Origin: Candidatus Fermentibacterota bacterium
GTDB taxonomy: Bacteria > JAFGKV01
NCBI GenBank assembly: GCA_016928395.1
Contig: JAFGKV010000297.1
Coordinates: 1-35,965 of the forward strand
Direction: 5' to 3'
Length of the DNA stretch: 35,965 nt
Below are positions 1 to 9,388 of this stretch, in pieces. Under the pieces are notes generated by a model. That model made no database searches, had not been told where the DNA came from, and worked only from the letters and a program-made list of their open reading frames with translations. Both the position numbers and the translations under genes were made by a program. Position 1 is the first letter of the stretch. Every line of letters begins with the position of its first letter.

Positions 1-524
1 GCGGCCATATCGATATCGATGCCATTGGGGATGTAGGTGACCCGGCGCCCCGTGCCCAGACGACGGCACAACGAGTGCGAGACACCGATCCACCGATCCG
101 TGAGAAAGTCGGTACCGCGCACCACGGATCCATAGAGAAGACGCTTGGGCACCGACATCTCCTTGGCGTCGCTCATGAGCCCGTGCAGGGTACTCACCAC
201 CGGCACCCCCGCCATACGCCCGGCCAACCGGCCCAGAACATGACTCTTGTGGTCATGGGTGTGGACAATCTGCGCCCCATGTCTACGTAGCATCCCCGCC
301 AGCCTGAACACGGCCCGCCCGTCAAAGGGAAATGACATGGGCAACAGGTCCACCTCGAGACCATGAGCGCGGTACATACGCGCCACCAGGCCATTGCGGA
401 AACATACTACCACTGGCTTGGTCAATCGCCTTTGCTGCAGCTTCACCAGAAGCCACAAGAGTACGCGGTCCTTACCGCCGAACAGCCCCGTGTCGGCGGT
501 GACATGCACCACTACCGGTGTCAC
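1..524 (-). CDS. Glycosyltransferase family 4 (GT-B), N-terminal part; runs off the window edge
   Basis: Not in the ORF track (no stop in window). Manual translation from GTG at 524, which overlaps the TGA of the upstream GT as GTGA: VTPVVVHVTADTGLFGGKDRVLL...IVHTHDHKSH...VVSTLHG...WIGVSHS...YIPNGID. These are typical GT4 N-domain motifs (GG, HTH, TLHG, VS, IPNG-D). Confidence 0.85.
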   Translation of the reverse strand, partial: MTPVVVHVTADTGLFGGKDRVLLWLLVKLQQRRLTKPVVVCFRNGLVARMYRAHGLEVDLLPMSFPFDGRAVFRLAGMLRRHGAQIVHTHDHKSHVLGRLAGRMAGVPVVSTLHGLMSDAKEMSVPKRLLYGSVVRGTDFLTDRWIGVSHSLCRRLGTGRRVTYIPNGIDIDMA

Positions 525-1642
525 GCCAACTTCCCCGCCAGGACTGCGCACATCGTCTCGAACCCACGCTGAAGGGAGAACGGCGCCGCCGCCTGCCGAC
601 GAAGCCGGCGGACCTCCTCGCTCATTCCTTCGGCCAGGGCATGCTGCACTTCCGCCACGAACTCCTCGGGAGATGATGCCTGACGGATGATGGGCAGGTG
701 ATCCAGTTCTGGCATCCGGGTCGATACCACGGGAATGCCTGCGGCGAGGTACTCATAGGCCTTGAGAGGATTGACGGTCCTCGTCAGGGGAGTAGCGGCG
801 AACGGCACCATGCCGACATCGAATCCCGTCATGTAGGCCGGCACATCATTCCGGGCGCAGGGCCCCAGCCAGTGGATATTGGGAGCCTCCGGAAGCAGGC
901 CTTTGACCTCGGCTATCGGCCCCACCAGCACGAACGACCAGGATGGCCGCGCCCTCGCCGCTGCTTCCAGGAGATCGCCATCCAGCCAATGGGCCAGACC
1001 ACCGATGAACCCCACCCGAGGTCTGGGAATGACCCGCAGCCGGGGTGGCTCAGCTTTGGGCGCCGCAAACAAATCCTCGTCAAATCCATTGCTCACATAG
1101 TGCACCTCTACAGCCCCACGGCAGTGTGACACGAGCCCTTGGGCGGTGACGAACACTACATCCGCCCGCTCCAGCAACGTCGCCTCCATCCCATCCATGA
1201 GTCTCCGGCGGCCGCCATAGGCTGCGTGCCGGTCCACGCAATCATATACGAGGAGTCGTGAAGGGTAATGGCGTGTGACGGAAGCGGCAATGGGGTCGTA
1301 CACCCACCATATGTCGGGAGGCATGAACTCCCCGGCACGCGAGAGCTGAAGTCGAAGCATCAGGGTGTTGATGGCCTGGGCGGCCCGTCGGTCCTGCCCG
1401 AAAGGCAATGCGGGCCATGGCGAGAGCACCGTCAGACCAGCCGGAACAGGAGCCATCGGCACGGAACGCCGTTGTCGACGGCCACGCCACCTGAAAGTAC
1501 ACGACTCTTGTGGGTCAACGTAGAGCACTCTGTTGTGACGGGACAAAGCGCGCATAGTCCATTGCTTGCGCGTCCACAATCCCCGCCAAATCGAGGTCGA
1601 AAGACATGCGATGCGCAGGCCCGTCACCGCCGGGGTGGGCAT
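521..1642 (-). CDS. GT-B glycosyltransferase (TuaH-like / GT4-like)
   Basis: 373 aa with W-x-R-x-Q near the N-terminus, VYDCVDRH, VSNGFD, GFIGGL, FDVGMVPF and NPLKAYEYLAAGIPVVST. Confidence 0.88.
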   Translation of the reverse strand: MPTPAVTGLRIACLSTSIWRGLWTRKQWTMRALSRHNRVLYVDPQESCTFRWRGRRQRRSVPMAPVPAGLTVLSPWPALPFGQDRRAAQAINTLMLRLQLSRAGEFMPPDIWWVYDPIAASVTRHYPSRLLVYDCVDRHAAYGGRRRLMDGMEATLLERADVVFVTAQGLVSHCRGAVEVHYVSNGFDEDLFAAPKAEPPRLRVIPRPRVGFIGGLAHWLDGDLLEAAARARPSWSFVLVGPIAEVKGLLPEAPNIHWLGPCARNDVPAYMTGFDVGMVPFAATPLTRTVNPLKAYEYLAAGIPVVSTRMPELDHLPIIRQASSPEEFVAEVQHALAEGMSEEVRRLRRQAAAPFSLQRGFETMCAVLAGKLA

Positions 1643-1644
1643 CT

Positions 1645-3330
1645 CTACTCGATGATGAGGCGGCAGGGCAGGCGCAGCAGCAGCCCCGGCTCGGTGGGAA
1701 TGCCCGCGGGCTCAGCGATGCGGGCGAGCCACCGTACCCCACCATCGGCCTGGAACAGCATCTCGGCGATCCTGGTCAGCAGGGGCTTGGGTTTGGGCAC
1801 GGGCACCAGCGCCATGTCGGCGTCGGCGGGCAAACCCAGGAGGGTGGCCATTTCCATCTGAGCCTCCCAGATACCGCCAAGGGTGTCAACAAGGCCCACG
1901 GAATGGGCACGAAGCCCGCTCCAGACTCGGCCTCGGCCTACGATGTCCACCTGTTCCGGGGACATTCCCCGTCCCTGGGCTGCCTTCGTGATGAAGGCGT
2001 TCCAGTAGAAGTCCCACAGCATGTCCTGCAAGGCGACCCGTTCGTCATCGGTGAACGGCCTGGTCTCGCTGAACAGGTCGGCATGCATACCCCTGGTGAG
2101 CACTTCTACATGATACCCGGCCTTCTCGTACAGCTCCTGTGCCACAACCTTGCCGGCATACACGCCGATGGACCCGGTGATGGTGGTCGCTTCGGCAACG
2201 ATGCGAGAGGCGGGCATGGCCACATAGTAGCCGCCGCTGGCGGCCACGTCGCCCATGGATACCACCACAGGCTTCACCTCTACCGTTCGCCGCATCTCAT
2301 CCCAGATCACGTCTGAAGCCATGGCGCTGCCCCCGGGGCTATTCACCCGCAGGAGCACGCCCTTGAGCGAGTCGTCTTCCCGAGCTTCCCGCAAGGCAAG
2401 GGCGATGCTCTCGCATCCTGCGGTTGGCTCGCTGAACGGCAGGTCGGTTGATCGCCCCGGCATTATCCCCCCCTCCACCACCACATAGGCGACGCGGGTG
2501 CCCCGGGGCTTTCCCCGCTCCTTCAGGTAGCGCCCGAGCTCGACAGCCTCATCCTCCCCAACACCCATGTGCTCCAAGATCTGCGCCCTATACCGAAGCC
2601 CATCTATCAGCGATTCCTGCAGCGCGGCATCGGCGCCATACGGTCCTTCGTCTATGCGGGAACGGGTCTGGGCCTCCGTGGCGTCTCGACCTCGGGCAAT
2701 ATCCCCGACATAGGTCGCAAACACATCGTCCAACAGGGCATCAAAGCTCTCGCGAAACTCCTGGCTCATGCCGGTTCTGGTATAGGTCTCCGGCGCGCTC
2801 TTGTAGGCCCCAACCCGTATCATGTCAGCCTCAAGACCGACCTTATCCATGGTGCCTTTCCAGAATCCAACGCTGGCTGCAATTCCGTCCACCAGAAGAT
2901 GCCCCGCCGGCACGAGAAACACCGAATCGGCTGCAGATGCTACAACATACTCCTTGTCCCCGCCCGCCTCTAGAAGGGCCATGACCGGTATGCCATGCCG
3001 GCGTATCTCCTCCAGTGCCCGCCCAATCTCCCTTGCCGCAGCCCATCCCGTCTGCAGAGATGAAGCACGCACCAGGACGCCTCGAACCCGTTTATCCCCG
3101 ATGGTCGCCCTCAGTCCGCTGGCGATCTCCACAACTGACAGCCTCTGGGCCTCTAAGAAGCCCAGAGATAATGCCCCCGGCGTTTCCCGGATGGACCCGG
3201 CCAGCGAGAGCTCGACCACGAACTGCTTTGGCAGACGCGGCCTGGAAAGCCACGAAAGCACCCCGCTCACCAGAAGGCTGATGGCAGCGATTACCACGAG
3301 AGTGCCGAAGGCACGCCGAAGACGAGCCAC
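1645..3330 (-). CDS. sppA: Signal peptide peptidase SppA (67K type, peptidase S49)
   Basis: N-terminal TM helix and two S49 domains; GAYKSA (catalytic Lys), LRVNSPGGS, AASGGYY (catalytic Ser), TGSIGV, GRVWSG. GTG start with GAGGAGGA RBS. Confidence 0.95.
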   Translation of the reverse strand: MARLRRAFGTLVVIAAISLLVSGVLSWLSRPRLPKQFVVELSLAGSIRETPGALSLGFLEAQRLSVVEIASGLRATIGDKRVRGVLVRASSLQTGWAAAREIGRALEEIRRHGIPVMALLEAGGDKEYVVASAADSVFLVPAGHLLVDGIAASVGFWKGTMDKVGLEADMIRVGAYKSAPETYTRTGMSQEFRESFDALLDDVFATYVGDIARGRDATEAQTRSRIDEGPYGADAALQESLIDGLRYRAQILEHMGVGEDEAVELGRYLKERGKPRGTRVAYVVVEGGIMPGRSTDLPFSEPTAGCESIALALREAREDDSLKGVLLRVNSPGGSAMASDVIWDEMRRTVEVKPVVVSMGDVAASGGYYVAMPASRIVAEATTITGSIGVYAGKVVAQELYEKAGYHVEVLTRGMHADLFSETRPFTDDERVALQDMLWDFYWNAFITKAAQGRGMSPEQVDIVGRGRVWSGLRAHSVGLVDTLGGIWEAQMEMATLLGLPADADMALVPVPKPKPLLTRIAEMLFQADGGVRWLARIAEPAGIPTEPGLLLRLPCRLIIE

Positions 3331-3381
3331 AGTATCCTCCTCTAACCGGCGGGACGGCGCCCCACCACTCGCGTGCGAAGA

Positions 3382-4026
3382 TCAGGGCACTGGCATTGCC
3401 AGGACGGGTGTAACCCGCACCAGACGATCCCAGGCCGAAAGAACCAAGCTCGACCATGTCTCAAATGCCCCGGGATCCGCGACGAAGCGAGACAGCACGT
3501 CCTGTAGCGGATGCATCCTGGCATCCAACTGGCTGGGTTCGCGGGAAACCGGGGACGCACCCCCGACGTCCACCCTGAACACCACGCCGAAGTGCACGGA
3601 TCCTACGGGATTCGTGTCATCGTTCACGAACCCGACAATGCCCATGTTGCCATGGTCTATTGAGACTTCTTCCAGGAGTTCCCTCCGCGCCCCGGCCATG
3701 AGACGATCCTCTCCCTGCCCTTCGTCGCCGGAGTTGATATGCCCGCCGACACCGACCGAAAGCATGCGGTGCAGACGGCGCTCTCCGCCGCCGGAAAGCC
3801 GCTGAAACAGCAGCATTTCGTCTCCTCTAAGCAGCACCGCGTAAGGGATAATCTGCTTGTACCCAGGGTCGGTCTCCACCTCAGCCCTCGAGGCGAAATG
3901 GGCATGGAGTCGGATGGAGTCCAACCAGGTCGCGCCGCGACCGGGCGCCTCATCCAGAGGGATGAACCCGTGGAAATCGTTGCCCTGGAACAGCAAGCCC
4001 CTCGAGACCACCAGCACTTTCTCCAT
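3382..4026 (-). CDS. Predicted NUDIX-family phosphoesterase (YmaB-like)
   Basis: R-x-x-V-E-x-D-P-x-YKQIIPY, ERRLH, SVGVGGHIN, RELLEEV, NDDTNPVGSVHFG and ETWS motifs. Confidence 0.85.
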   Translation of the reverse strand: MEKVLVVSRGLLFQGNDFHGFIPLDEAPGRGATWLDSIRLHAHFASRAEVETDPGYKQIIPYAVLLRGDEMLLFQRLSGGGERRLHRMLSVGVGGHINSGDEGQGEDRLMAGARRELLEEVSIDHGNMGIVGFVNDDTNPVGSVHFGVVFRVDVGGASPVSREPSQLDARMHPLQDVLSRFVADPGAFETWSSLVLSAWDRLVRVTPVLAMPVP

Positions 4027-4029
4027 GGC

Positions 4030-4659
4030 TTAGAACTCCTCCAGTGGAGAAACCGTTGCACCGGGCGTCACATTGACCTGATAGATGCAGAACCCGCGTT
4101 CCTCCTCGTGCATGAGCACTGTGTAGGATGCAGGATCAAGATAGAACTTCCAGAAATAGTCGTGTTCAAGGCCGACCACGGCGGCTAGGAGCGTTTTGAT
4201 CACCGTTCTATGGGTCACGATCGCGATCCGCTTCCCCGCGAACTCCTGAGGCACCATTCGCAGGCGATGCCACGCACGCTCGCGGACTTCGCCGATGGAT
4301 TCCCCCCCGGGCACGAGGAGTTGTTCCGGGCTGCTTACCCAGAGAGCCCACTCCTGCGGGTACTCCTTGGCCACCTGAGCCTTCAGCCTGCCTTGCCATT
4401 CGCCCAGGTGAATGTTGGTGAAGCTTCTGTCGATTCGTACTTCGAGCCCGTAGGGCAACGCAACGGCATGTGCGGTGTCCAAGGCGCGAGCCAGCGGACT
4501 GGACACCACGGCATCGAGGCCTACTCTGGAAAGAGCCTTCCCCAGGGCTTCTGCCTGCAGCCTGCCGTGCTCGTTCAACGGGGCGTCTACGGTACCCCGG
4601 AACATTCCCCCGCGGTTGAGTTCCGACTCCCCATGGCGGACAAGATAGACAAATGTCAT
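4030..4659 (-). CDS. Histidine phosphatase family protein (PhoE/CobC/GpmB-like)
   Basis: RHGES catalytic motif, SSPLARA, GEWQG, PGGES and second His (VTHR). Start placed at ATG 4659 behind AAGGAGG rather than the ORF-track start at 4722. Confidence 0.92.
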   Translation of the reverse strand: MTFVYLVRHGESELNRGGMFRGTVDAPLNEHGRLQAEALGKALSRVGLDAVVSSPLARALDTAHAVALPYGLEVRIDRSFTNIHLGEWQGRLKAQVAKEYPQEWALWVSSPEQLLVPGGESIGEVRERAWHRLRMVPQEFAGKRIAIVTHRTVIKTLLAAVVGLEHDYFWKFYLDPASYTVLMHEEERGFCIYQVNVTPGATVSPLEEF

Positions 4660-4779
4660 CTGGCCTCCTTGCGTGAGAGAATTCCTCCACAGACGACGCG
4701 GATGGAGGCACACCCGCCCCATCGCGTCAACGGTTCCCCGCGGTATCCTCTATTCTTCGAGCGCGAGCCACACCTCGGT

Positions 4780-5403
4780 CTAGGCTGAGACGCAGACGTC
4801 TACCAGAGGGCAGGTGGAACATCCAGGCGAACGACTCGTGCACACTTCCCGGCCGAAGAGAATCATCCCGTTGCTGAACGCCGTCCACCGGTTTTCAGGC
4901 AGCAGGTCGCATAGCTGACGTTCGATATCACCGGCTTCATCACCCTCAGTCAAGCCGAGACGCCCGGCCACCCTCTTCACGTGGGTGTCAACTGCGAGCC
5001 CCGGGATACCGTAGGCATTGCCGAGCACCATGTTGGCAGTCTTGCGGCCCACACCGGGAAGTGAAACTAGATCGTGTAGCGATCGGGGAACATCACCAGC
5101 GAACCGTGCGACCAAATCAGCGCAACAGGCTCGGATAGTCTTCGCCTTGTTCCGGTAGAATCCGGTCGAATGTACCAACTCCTCCAACTCGTCCAACGGG
5201 GCGCGAGCCAGATCCGTCACCCGGGGAAACCGGGCGAACAACGATGGTGTGACTGCATTAACCCGTGCATCCGTACACTGGGCCGAAAGGATCACGGCCA
5301 CCAAGAGCTGCAGCGGCGACGAAAACTGCAGCGCCAGAGATGCCTCACTGTATCGGTGCGCCAATCGCCGCTCCACCTCGAGAGCTCGTTCCACCCGGTT
5401 CAT
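4780..5403 (-). CDS. nth: Endonuclease III (HhH-GPD DNA glycosylase/AP lyase)
   Basis: ILSAQCTD, LPGVGRKTAN (HhH), VDTHVKR and [4Fe-4S] motif C-x6-C-x2-C-x5-C. Confidence 0.97.
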   Translation of the reverse strand: MNRVERALEVERRLAHRYSEASLALQFSSPLQLLVAVILSAQCTDARVNAVTPSLFARFPRVTDLARAPLDELEELVHSTGFYRNKAKTIRACCADLVARFAGDVPRSLHDLVSLPGVGRKTANMVLGNAYGIPGLAVDTHVKRVAGRLGLTEGDEAGDIERQLCDLLPENRWTAFSNGMILFGREVCTSRSPGCSTCPLVDVCVSA

Positions 5404-5503
5404 TCTCCCACCATGCGCCCGCTGTCTTCTTGGTTCTTGATTCGCAGGTGGTCCGCCCCCGCATCCCGCTCGTTCATCATCCCGTCATGCCAGTCTTCCA
5501 TAC

Positions 5504-6199
5504 TCAGTAGCCGTACGCAGTGGCAACGCAGACCATCACCCAGCAGCTCAGTGTAAGGACTGCCGACGCGGCGTACACAAGCCCGGACTTTTCTGCCCGA
5601 ATGGCCTCCGCACCTTCGGCCACCCGTTGCCCCCACCGGTAGCCGACAGGCATGGCCAGGCCCGACATAGCTGCCCACAGCAGACCCTCCCTACCTAGGA
5701 AGGCGGGAAATCCCCCAGGACGACCGAACGACATCAGGTAGGCACATGGAGCGACACGGAGTCCGATAACCCAGAATGCACCCGCCGCGGAAAGGGCGGC
5801 CGTGGCTGCAGCAATGCCGCGTATCAGACTCCTCTCGTGCATCCTCTGGCCGAACACCGAGGCCACTCCCACCAAGGCGCAAGCCTGGAGCATCACCGCC
5901 AGCGATGCATTTGCCTTGCACAGAATGGACGCGCCCAGCATGGGTACCGCCAGCTGACGACAGGCAACGGCGATCGAAGCCGCCGCCAGCAGAAGCATCG
6001 GACGAACGCCCAATCCCGTTACCACGCCCATGAGCAGCATCCCGACTCCCACCAACACACCAGCGCGCACCTGCGGCAGGAAGGCCCGGAGGGCGGCGTC
6101 CAGAACAACCTCCGAAAGCCCCCACAGCGAGCCCGCGACCACCAGAACCCATACGGCATCACGCCTTGACAAGAAGCGATTGCCCCAGTGAACGACCAT
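5504..6199 (-). CDS. Uncharacterised integral membrane protein (about 6-7 TM helices)
   Basis: 231 aa from ATG 6199 with AGGAGG RBS; strongly hydrophobic; GSLWGLSE in the first helix. Family not recognised with certainty. Confidence 0.75.
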   Translation of the reverse strand: MVVHWGNRFLSRRDAVWVLVVAGSLWGLSEVVLDAALRAFLPQVRAGVLVGVGMLLMGVVTGLGVRPMLLLAAASIAVACRQLAVPMLGASILCKANASLAVMLQACALVGVASVFGQRMHERSLIRGIAAATAALSAAGAFWVIGLRVAPCAYLMSFGRPGGFPAFLGREGLLWAAMSGLAMPVGYRWGQRVAEGAEAIRAEKSGLVYAASAVLTLSCWVMVCVATAYGY

Positions 6200-6524
6200 A
6201 GCGACCTCCTGTTGTCGAAAGGGAACGGCCACAAGATGGGGCATACGTGACGAGGTTTCCAGTCTCCCGCTCCCCGCGGGAGACATTGTCACTCGACGAA
6301 GATGGTGTACGCTCCGTAAAAGCACCGCTGCAGGTGCCACATTCCGATGGGATGCCCGGTGGCAGTCTCATCAAACTCAACCAGAAATGATCAGCCGAGT
6401 CAACCCGCAACCCGGCGATGCACCCGGTACACCGCGCCCGCTGAGCCCGGACTTTCGAGGACCGAGGCTTCGGCGTAGGTTCCCCCGCATCATTCGGAAT
6501 CTCAATCTCGATCGGAGGGTTCTG

Positions 6525-7088
6525 ATGCATTCCCCACGGCTCATCTCATTCATCCTGGCGTCGAGTGTTCTTGCCCTTTTGCCCGCTGGCGCTTTGCTGG
6601 CCCAAGAGCATGGTTCCGAGCGGCCATTCCCGCATGTCTCTGCCGCCGGCGAATACGCCGGGGATCTTCGATATATGGTGGACGGAATCCTCCCGGATGA
6701 AGAGGCTGCGTGGGATTGTCTACTTAACATAGCGTGGGAGGATACCGCCACATCTTTCGTGGTTGACCTGGGGTCAGTTCAGCGGGTCGAGCACGTACTT
6801 GTCTGCGTGGACAACAACGACACATACTGCATCGATGCATCCATCGACGGAGCCGAGTTTGCTCATGTCTTGACCATCGAGGCTGATGACGGCGAGGTGG
6901 AGTTTGGCATTGACTGCTTCGCTTCGGAGGAGAGCCATCCTGAGTATGAGACAGCCATCGCGTTCGCTCCTGTTGGGGCGCGTTACATCAGAATGCGGGC
7001 CATTGACGGAGATGGTGCATATGCCGTGGGTGAACTCCAGATCCAGACTGCCTTGCGCCAGAGTCCCCACGAGATCTCCGGGCCATGA
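6525..7088 (+). CDS. Secreted discoidin / F5/8 type C (galactose-binding-like) domain protein
   Basis: ATG 6525 after GGAGGG; Sec signal peptide ending ALLA; MVDG...W, FVVDLG, SIDG, ARYIRM and GELQI match the F5/8C pattern; very acidic. Confidence 0.75.
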   Translation: MHSPRLISFILASSVLALLPAGALLAQEHGSERPFPHVSAAGEYAGDLRYMVDGILPDEEAAWDCLLNIAWEDTATSFVVDLGSVQRVEHVLVCVDNNDTYCIDASIDGAEFAHVLTIEADDGEVEFGIDCFASEESHPEYETAIAFAPVGARYIRMRAIDGDGAYAVGELQIQTALRQSPHEISGP

Positions 7089-7357
7089 CGCGGTCCACTC
7101 GGTTGACCCCGGGGTGCCGCCTCACCATCACCGCTTCGCGCAAGGGGAACTGGCCGCGCTGTACACCATAGACCGATTCGCTATGGCCATGATTGGATGC
7201 GCTTCCTCTTCGCTGAGGGCGACGTGCGCCGACTAGTTCGACTGGCAGAATGGATCCGCACCCGGTCTCGACGGTTATCTCGGTGTGCCGTGGAGAAGAA
7301 CAGTCTTGTGTACCGCGTGTCCAGCAATGGCACGCGCGGTGTCGAAGGAGCTTGAAC

Positions 7358-9388
7358 GTGGCAACAACCCTGCCTGAACTCGAGCGCCTTCTTTCGGCGC
7401 TGGCCACCGCATCGCGAGTAACGAAGTACTACCCTGCCGGCCATCCCCAAATCGAAGATACCTTGGGCCGAGTCCTGGATCAAATCGCCTCGCTGGTCGC
7501 CAAGGGAAGCCCCCTCGCACTCTCAGTGCTGCCTGATGGCCTCTACGTGGGCCCTGCCCGAGTATTCTGTTTCTCCCCGGCAGACGCCTTGTTCCGTAAC
7601 TTGATGGAACTTGGCGTGCGGGAATTGGTGCTCAGTCCAGGCATTGACTCAAGCGAGTTGCTTCATCTGGTCGAGAGTCTGACTGAGGATCCCAAGAAGA
7701 TCTGGGAGAAGGGAGGGCTTGCGCGAACTCTCAAGCTGCGCAAAGCGCTGCACATCGGTGTTACCTCCAGCGATCTCACCGCGGCAGAACGTCAGGCGAC
7801 GCTGGACAGCCTGCGCGCAGTGACCGTTCAGGAAAGAGAGAGGACGGTCGCCGTCGCTCGAGATTGGCTTGATGAACGCGGGCCTTTGCCCTCCGAAGAT
7901 GAGATTCTCCGCATCATCGCTCTCGTACGCGATACGGGTTCCCTCGGAGAACTCATCGATGCCCGTAGTCCCGAAGGTCATGACCGTCGTCAGATCGGTG
8001 TATTGATGCGATTGTGGGCAATGGTGGCCAAGTCGGGTCTCGACGTCCCTTCCGTCGAAGCGACAATAGCTGCCGAGATCTTCGCGACGGAAGCACGGAC
8101 TCTGATGGACGCCGCCTCAGGGCCCGTCGGCGGTCCCTCTCTCCCGAAGCTGATGGAGAGGCTCGGCCCTGAAGACCTCGGCGACATGATCGCCTCCCGG
8201 GTCGATGCCGACTTTGGTGATGCGACGGTGTGGCTCACTGTAACCGAGAGCCTCTTCCGCCGTCCTGGCACCCGTAGAGCCATCCTGTATCGTATCCTGC
8301 AGAAGATACGCGATCGCCCCAATGCCGCAGATACGGTGGCCCTCCTGCACGATGAACTGGTCGACGGTACAAAGGAAGAGAGTGCTTTCCTCGCACTCAT
8401 GCGCGGCACCAACTCACAGATCGGCTCTTCACCGGCTTCGTGGGGCACTCGGTGGGACAGCGGGATCCTGGTTCGACGTGCCTCAGGCCTCCTGGAACGA
8501 GTGGGTCTGTCAGAGGGGCAACGTGTCCGATGGCTTTCCTCGGAACTGGACCGGCTCATAGAGCACAAGGACATTGCTGGTGTGCTTGAGGTCTTGGAAG
8601 CCACGCGCGACCGTCAATTGCCCCAGGGCGATTCCGGCGCCCCGGGTCTCGTCTCTCGAGCCGCCCACCGCAGGCTGCCCCCCTTCCTAAAGACGGTGAG
8701 CCCCCCTGAGCGCATCAGAACCATCAAGGCGCTCACCTCGGTGGATCCCACATGGCGCGAACTGGTCGGAAGGCTCTTGGATCTGGCCGAGGCAGAGGAG
8801 ATGGCAGAACTCACGGCAGAACTCGAGAGCGTGGGCATAGATGCGAAGGAACTCGCCTGGGAGATCATGCGCAACGAGAACCCCGAAGACATTGCCCGGG
8901 GCATTCGAATCGCCGGCGTCTTGGCCTGCGACGATGATCTTCCTATCCTCCTCGGGTTTCTGCAACATGGAAACCCTGCCATCCGCATGGAGACGATTGG
9001 AGCTTTGGCGCGTGTCGCACCGGAAGACCTGATGACCCATGTGCCAATGCTGCTCAGGGACATGAATCCGCTGGTGAGCATGAGGACCTTGGATGCAGTG
9101 CAACGAGTGCCCACCGCCTCGGCCCATCTGGTGGCTGCCGCTCAGAAGGGGTTGCTCCGCGCCGTGCCCGAGGAGATCGGTTGTGCCGTGATTCAGTTCG
9201 TGGCGGCTCGCGGAACCCCTGAACAGAAGATGAAACTGGCTGAATGCGTGCTCTCACCGCGGTTCGTCGGTAAAACGACTCCACACCCCGTGCGCGAGGC
9301 GGCGACATCCCTGCTGGGGACCTACCGTCCGCGCGGCATCTTGGGGCGTCTCACGGACCGCTCGCATAGGGAGGACGCCGATGCCTGA
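7358..9388 (+). CDS. HEAT-repeat (alpha-solenoid) protein with N-terminal YP-x-x-H domain
   Basis: GTG 7358 after AAGGAG; helical composition; C-terminal HEAT-like units (LQHGNPAIRMETIGALARV, LLRDMNPLVSMRTLDAV, HPVREAATSLLG). Confidence 0.75.
   Translation: MATTLPELERLLSALATASRVTKYYPAGHPQIEDTLGRVLDQIASLVAKGSPLALSVLPDGLYVGPARVFCFSPADALFRNLMELGVRELVLSPGIDSSELLHLVESLTEDPKKIWEKGGLARTLKLRKALHIGVTSSDLTAAERQATLDSLRAVTVQERERTVAVARDWLDERGPLPSEDEILRIIALVRDTGSLGELIDARSPEGHDRRQIGVLMRLWAMVAKSGLDVPSVEATIAAEIFATEARTLMDAASGPVGGPSLPKLMERLGPEDLGDMIASRVDADFGDATVWLTVTESLFRRPGTRRAILYRILQKIRDRPNAADTVALLHDELVDGTKEESAFLALMRGTNSQIGSSPASWGTRWDSGILVRRASGLLERVGLSEGQRVRWLSSELDRLIEHKDIAGVLEVLEATRDRQLPQGDSGAPGLVSRAAHRRLPPFLKTVSPPERIRTIKALTSVDPTWRELVGRLLDLAEAEEMAELTAELESVGIDAKELAWEIMRNENPEDIARGIRIAGVLACDDDLPILLGFLQHGNPAIRMETIGALARVAPEDLMTHVPMLLRDMNPLVSMRTLDAVQRVPTASAHLVAAAQKGLLRAVPEEIGCAVIQFVAARGTPEQKMKLAECVLSPRFVGKTTPHPVREAATSLLGTYRPRGILGRLTDRSHREDADA

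Noticed and set aside
6262..6273. 12-nt match (GTCTCCCGCTCC) to the 3' end of tRNA-Gly (28844-28855), considered as an att site
   Set aside because: It lies upstream rather than downstream of the tRNA, there is no integrase, the intervening DNA holds housekeeping genes (mpl, recG), and the match is one arm of a local hairpin.
6444..6457. Minus-strand GAAAGTCCGGGCTC resembling the RNase P RNA 5' conserved motif
   Set aside because: It lacks the preceding GAG, no 3' ACAGAA-CCGGCTTA motif was found, and there is too little intergenic space for a full RNase P RNA.
7089..7357. Searched for a c-di-GMP riboswitch or sigma54 promoter ahead of the HEAT/HD-GYP pair
   Set aside because: No GEMM (GGCAAA...GAAA...GACGCAAA) elements; TGGCAC at 7328 is not followed by TTGC at the right spacing. 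Only an imperfect hairpin precedes the RBS.
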